Shown in pieces: positions 46,114-48,352 of a stretch of 48,352 nucleotides of DNA (positions are counted from its first letter, which is position 1; every line of letters starts with the position of its first letter). Origin of the DNA: a virus; the IMG/VR virus record IMGVR_UViG_3300024243_000002; one strand, given 5' to 3'. Below the pieces are notes generated by a model. The model saw only the letters and a program-made list of their open reading frames with translations, was not told the origin of the DNA and made no database searches. Position numbers and translations under genes: made by a program.

Positions 46114-47073
46114 ATGTCAGCAGGAATTGAACAAATGGCTTATTTTGGAGATACGCCTTGGCACGAAATGGGCGTAAGTATTAATGATGACGAACAATAT
46201 AACTGGAAGGTGTTTGCAGAAAAAGCTGGTCTTGATTGGGAAGTTGAACTTAAAAATATTTATCAAAAAGAATTAATAAGTTTTGGTATTAATTATCGTA
46301 AAATAGAAGACAAATCGTGTGTTAGAAGAATGTCGGATAGTAAAATTTTAGGCATAGTTGGAAATAAATATAAACCTATTCAAAATGAAGAATTATTTAC
46401 TTTCTTTGATCCGTTTGTTGAAAGTGGATTAGCGAGATACCATACGGCTGGATCTTTATATGAAGGGAAGGGCGTATGGGTGTTGGCTCAAATTGGCGAA
46501 ATGCAGGACATTCATAATGGCGATATGATAGGACAGTTCATTCTAATGAATAGCAGTCATGACGGTTCTCATAGTCTCAGAGTCACTCCTACTACTATTC
46601 GCGTAGTATGTGCAAATACAAATGGATTAGCTATTAGTGGCGCAAGAAATATGAGAACATTATTAAATATTAGACATACTGAAACAGCTCAACTTCGTAT
46701 TGATCAATTACAATCTGCAATAGGACCTGCTATACATAATTTTAATGAAACTATTGATGTCTTTAGATCTATGGCAAAATCTAAATTATGGAGTCCGGGA
46801 TATGTTCTCGAAAGACTATGGCCCACTCGTGACATAGAGCCAGGAAGAGCATTAACTATGCGAAAGAATATGCATGCAAAAATAATAACTTTATATGATA
46901 ATGGGAATTATGATGATTTAGGTAAAACTAAGTGGGGTTTTTATAATGCAATAACTCAACATCTTGATCATAATCATGGACGTAATGCCAATACCAGGCT
47001 TAATAGCTCTTGGTTTGGTACTAATGCTCAATTTAAACAAAAAGCACTTCAGGTACTCTCTGTTGCTGCATAA
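46114..47073 (+). CDS. DUF932 / phage-plasmid-like protein (TIGR03299-like), 319 aa
   Basis: The N-terminus MAYFGDTPWHEMGV and the overall size resemble the DUF932 family (mayvg..PWHglG), common in phages and conjugative elements. From memory, unverified. Confidence 0.55.
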   Translation: MSAGIEQMAYFGDTPWHEMGVSINDDEQYNWKVFAEKAGLDWEVELKNIYQKELISFGINYRKIEDKSCVRRMSDSKILGIVGNKYKPIQNEELFTFFDPFVESGLARYHTAGSLYEGKGVWVLAQIGEMQDIHNGDMIGQFILMNSSHDGSHSLRVTPTTIRVVCANTNGLAISGARNMRTLLNIRHTETAQLRIDQLQSAIGPAIHNFNETIDVFRSMAKSKLWSPGYVLERLWPTRDIEPGRALTMRKNMHAKIITLYDNGNYDDLGKTKWGFYNAITQHLDHNHGRNANTRLNSSWFGTNAQFKQKALQVLSVAA

Positions 47074-47080
47074 GGAAAAA

Positions 47081-47476
47081 ATGAACGACTATACAATAAT
47101 AGAACTTTATGCCTTAGTAGAAGAACATAGAACAAATAAAAATATATATTGTTCGCTTAATATTGATTTTCATAGGTTAAAATCTACTACCTATACATTG
47201 TACACATCTGTTAATGGCCATTATTATGCTGATACTATTGAAGAGGCTGTTAAGGCTATGCAATATTTATATGAATTTAATGTATGGGAAAAAGAAATTT
47301 CTAAATTAGAAGAGGAATTAAATAGTAAGAATTTTTTAATTATAGAGACACGTGCTAAATTAAAATCAGAAATAAATGAAAGAGATGATCTATCTAAATA
47401 TATAGCCACAAGGAAAGAAGAGTCTGATGCCCGACATAACGATGTGCAAGAATCAGATCTGCAATCTGAGAAATAG
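47081..47476 (+). CDS. Hypothetical coiled-coil protein (131 aa)
   Basis: The preferred start is ATG 47081 (MNDYTIIEL...), after AAGGAAAAA and just past the upstream stop. The ORF-track extension from 46964 overlaps the previous gene. Confidence 0.5.
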   Translation: MNDYTIIELYALVEEHRTNKNIYCSLNIDFHRLKSTTYTLYTSVNGHYYADTIEEAVKAMQYLYEFNVWEKEISKLEEELNSKNFLIIETRAKLKSEINERDDLSKYIATRKEESDARHNDVQESDLQSEK

Positions 47477-47993
47477 CTGTTATCGTTTTTGCGCTATACC
47501 ATATGAATTATGGCAGCCCTGGAGTGACTTTAAGCCTGATTCATATGGTAGGTGTGAATATTATTTGAAAACACAACAACACAAAAAGGAGAAAAAAATG
47601 GGAAGAAATTATACTGGAGATATTGAAGGACAATATTGGACGGCAATGCAATCTTCTGATTCTGCAGCACAATTTGGCGGCAGACATGATTTGCCAGATA
47701 CAATTCATTCTTTTTTTGATCAGAATGATTTAATCTATGTAGAAAATCATCTAGACATATGCAAAGAATTTATTTTAAAAATACCAACAATAACTGATGA
47801 AGGCATAGCGTTGCTTAATAAAGCATTTGAATCATCATCTACAGATAATATCGATGAATTATTAGAATTACATAAATTAAAAGAAATGAAATCTCATGAA
47901 GATTCTTCAATTTTTGGAGATATAGAATTGGGATTAAAAATACGTAATTGTTTAAAGAAAAAAAGAACTTGTACATTTGAATCAGAATGCTAA
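47427..47993 (+). CDS. Hypothetical protein (188 aa) with an N-terminal Cys motif; possibly two products
   Basis: MCKNQICNLRNSCYRFCAIP...GRCEYY Cys pattern. An in-frame internal ATG at 47598 is preceded by AAGGAG. Confidence 0.5.
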   Translation: MPDITMCKNQICNLRNSCYRFCAIPYELWQPWSDFKPDSYGRCEYYLKTQQHKKEKKMGRNYTGDIEGQYWTAMQSSDSAAQFGGRHDLPDTIHSFFDQNDLIYVENHLDICKEFILKIPTITDEGIALLNKAFESSSTDNIDELLELHKLKEMKSHEDSSIFGDIELGLKIRNCLKKKRTCTFESEC

Positions 47994-48035
47994 TGGGTAT
48001 CAGAATTGATGAATCAATTAAGGAGTTAATAAAAT

Positions 48036-48332
48036 ATGAAATGGATAGAAACAACAGACCGAAACAATCCTCTTTCTTGTTTGGGTGAATATTGCATGGA
48101 TATACCGTGGCTTGAACACTCTACAAATGCAGGGATGGCGTATTACTCTGTCCGAAAAGATGTTTCGGGATTATGGGAAGCAATGTTCTGGCATGGAAAT
48201 AGAGGGCACTCTGTGGACAAGCCGAATAAGACAGAAATTGAGGCAAAAGCAGAATGCCTTGAACATCTGAAAAGAATGTACTCTGGATTTTCTGTTTTAA
48301 TAGATAAAATTTTAGGAGGACGGGATGAGTAA
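48036..48332 (+). CDS. Hypothetical protein (98 aa); the 3' end lies in the terminal repeat
   Basis: ORF preceded by AAGGAG. The last 107 nt are duplicated at 1..107. Confidence 0.55.
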   Translation: MKWIETTDRNNPLSCLGEYCMDIPWLEHSTNAGMAYYSVRKDVSGLWEAMFWHGNRGHSVDKPNKTEIEAKAECLEHLKRMYSGFSVLIDKILGGRDE

Positions 48333-48352
48333 CAAACATTGTTATTACATAC
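48226..48352. repeat. Direct terminal repeat, copy 2 (identical to 1..127)
   Basis: See copy 1. Confidence 0.9.

Noticed and set aside
46964-47080. N-terminal extension of ORF 46964..47476
   Set aside because: It overlaps the 3' end of the DUF932-like gene by 110 nt in another frame. An RBS-preceded ATG at 47081 follows that gene's stop.
1-48352. Looked for a lysogeny module (integrase, CI/Cro-like repressors, excisionase), transposases and homing endonucleases
   Set aside because: I recognised no tyrosine or serine recombinase, DDE or HNH motifs in any ORF. The element is best read as a virulent phage, or at least a non-integrating one. Absence by eye is not proof.

Overview
The window is one complete tailed-phage genome. 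The first 127 nt recur exactly at the end (1..127 = 48226..48352), so the unique unit is 48,225 bp, either circular or terminally redundant.

The genome has two arms:
- Minus-strand arm (36953 down to 1787, about 73% of the genome): one tightly coupled block with packaging (TerS-like, TerL), portal, scaffold, major capsid, tail/fibre and internal-virion genes.
- Plus-strand arm (37521..48332, continuing through the junction to 1752): visibly more AT-rich, with early, replication and recombination genes. These are a RadC-like JAB protein, Cas4-like nuclease, Rad52-like annealase, SSB-like protein, DnaB helicase, sigma-70-family factor, DUF3850/ASCH-like protein, DUF932-like protein and RuvC.

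The arms diverge from a repeat-rich 567-bp non-coding hub (36954..37520) and converge on a bidirectional hairpin terminator (1758..1789). I recognised no tape measure, sheath, tube, integrase, DNA polymerase, primase, tRNA or CRISPR array. The gene order is podovirus-like.

The outstanding feature is the last gene of the virion arm, a single 4,504-codon ORF (1787..15301, 28% of the genome). Its centre carries DRDFDGDQTMAHNP, a near-copy of the NADFDGDQMAVHVP catalytic Mg-binding loop of the beta-prime subunit of cellular RNA polymerases. Membrane-like hydrophobic segments lie far to either side. I interpret it as an ejected virion RNA polymerase of the two-barrel class fused to internal-core/ejection modules, coexisting with a phage sigma factor for the host polymerase.

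All functional calls rest on motif recognition by eye. No searches were run.
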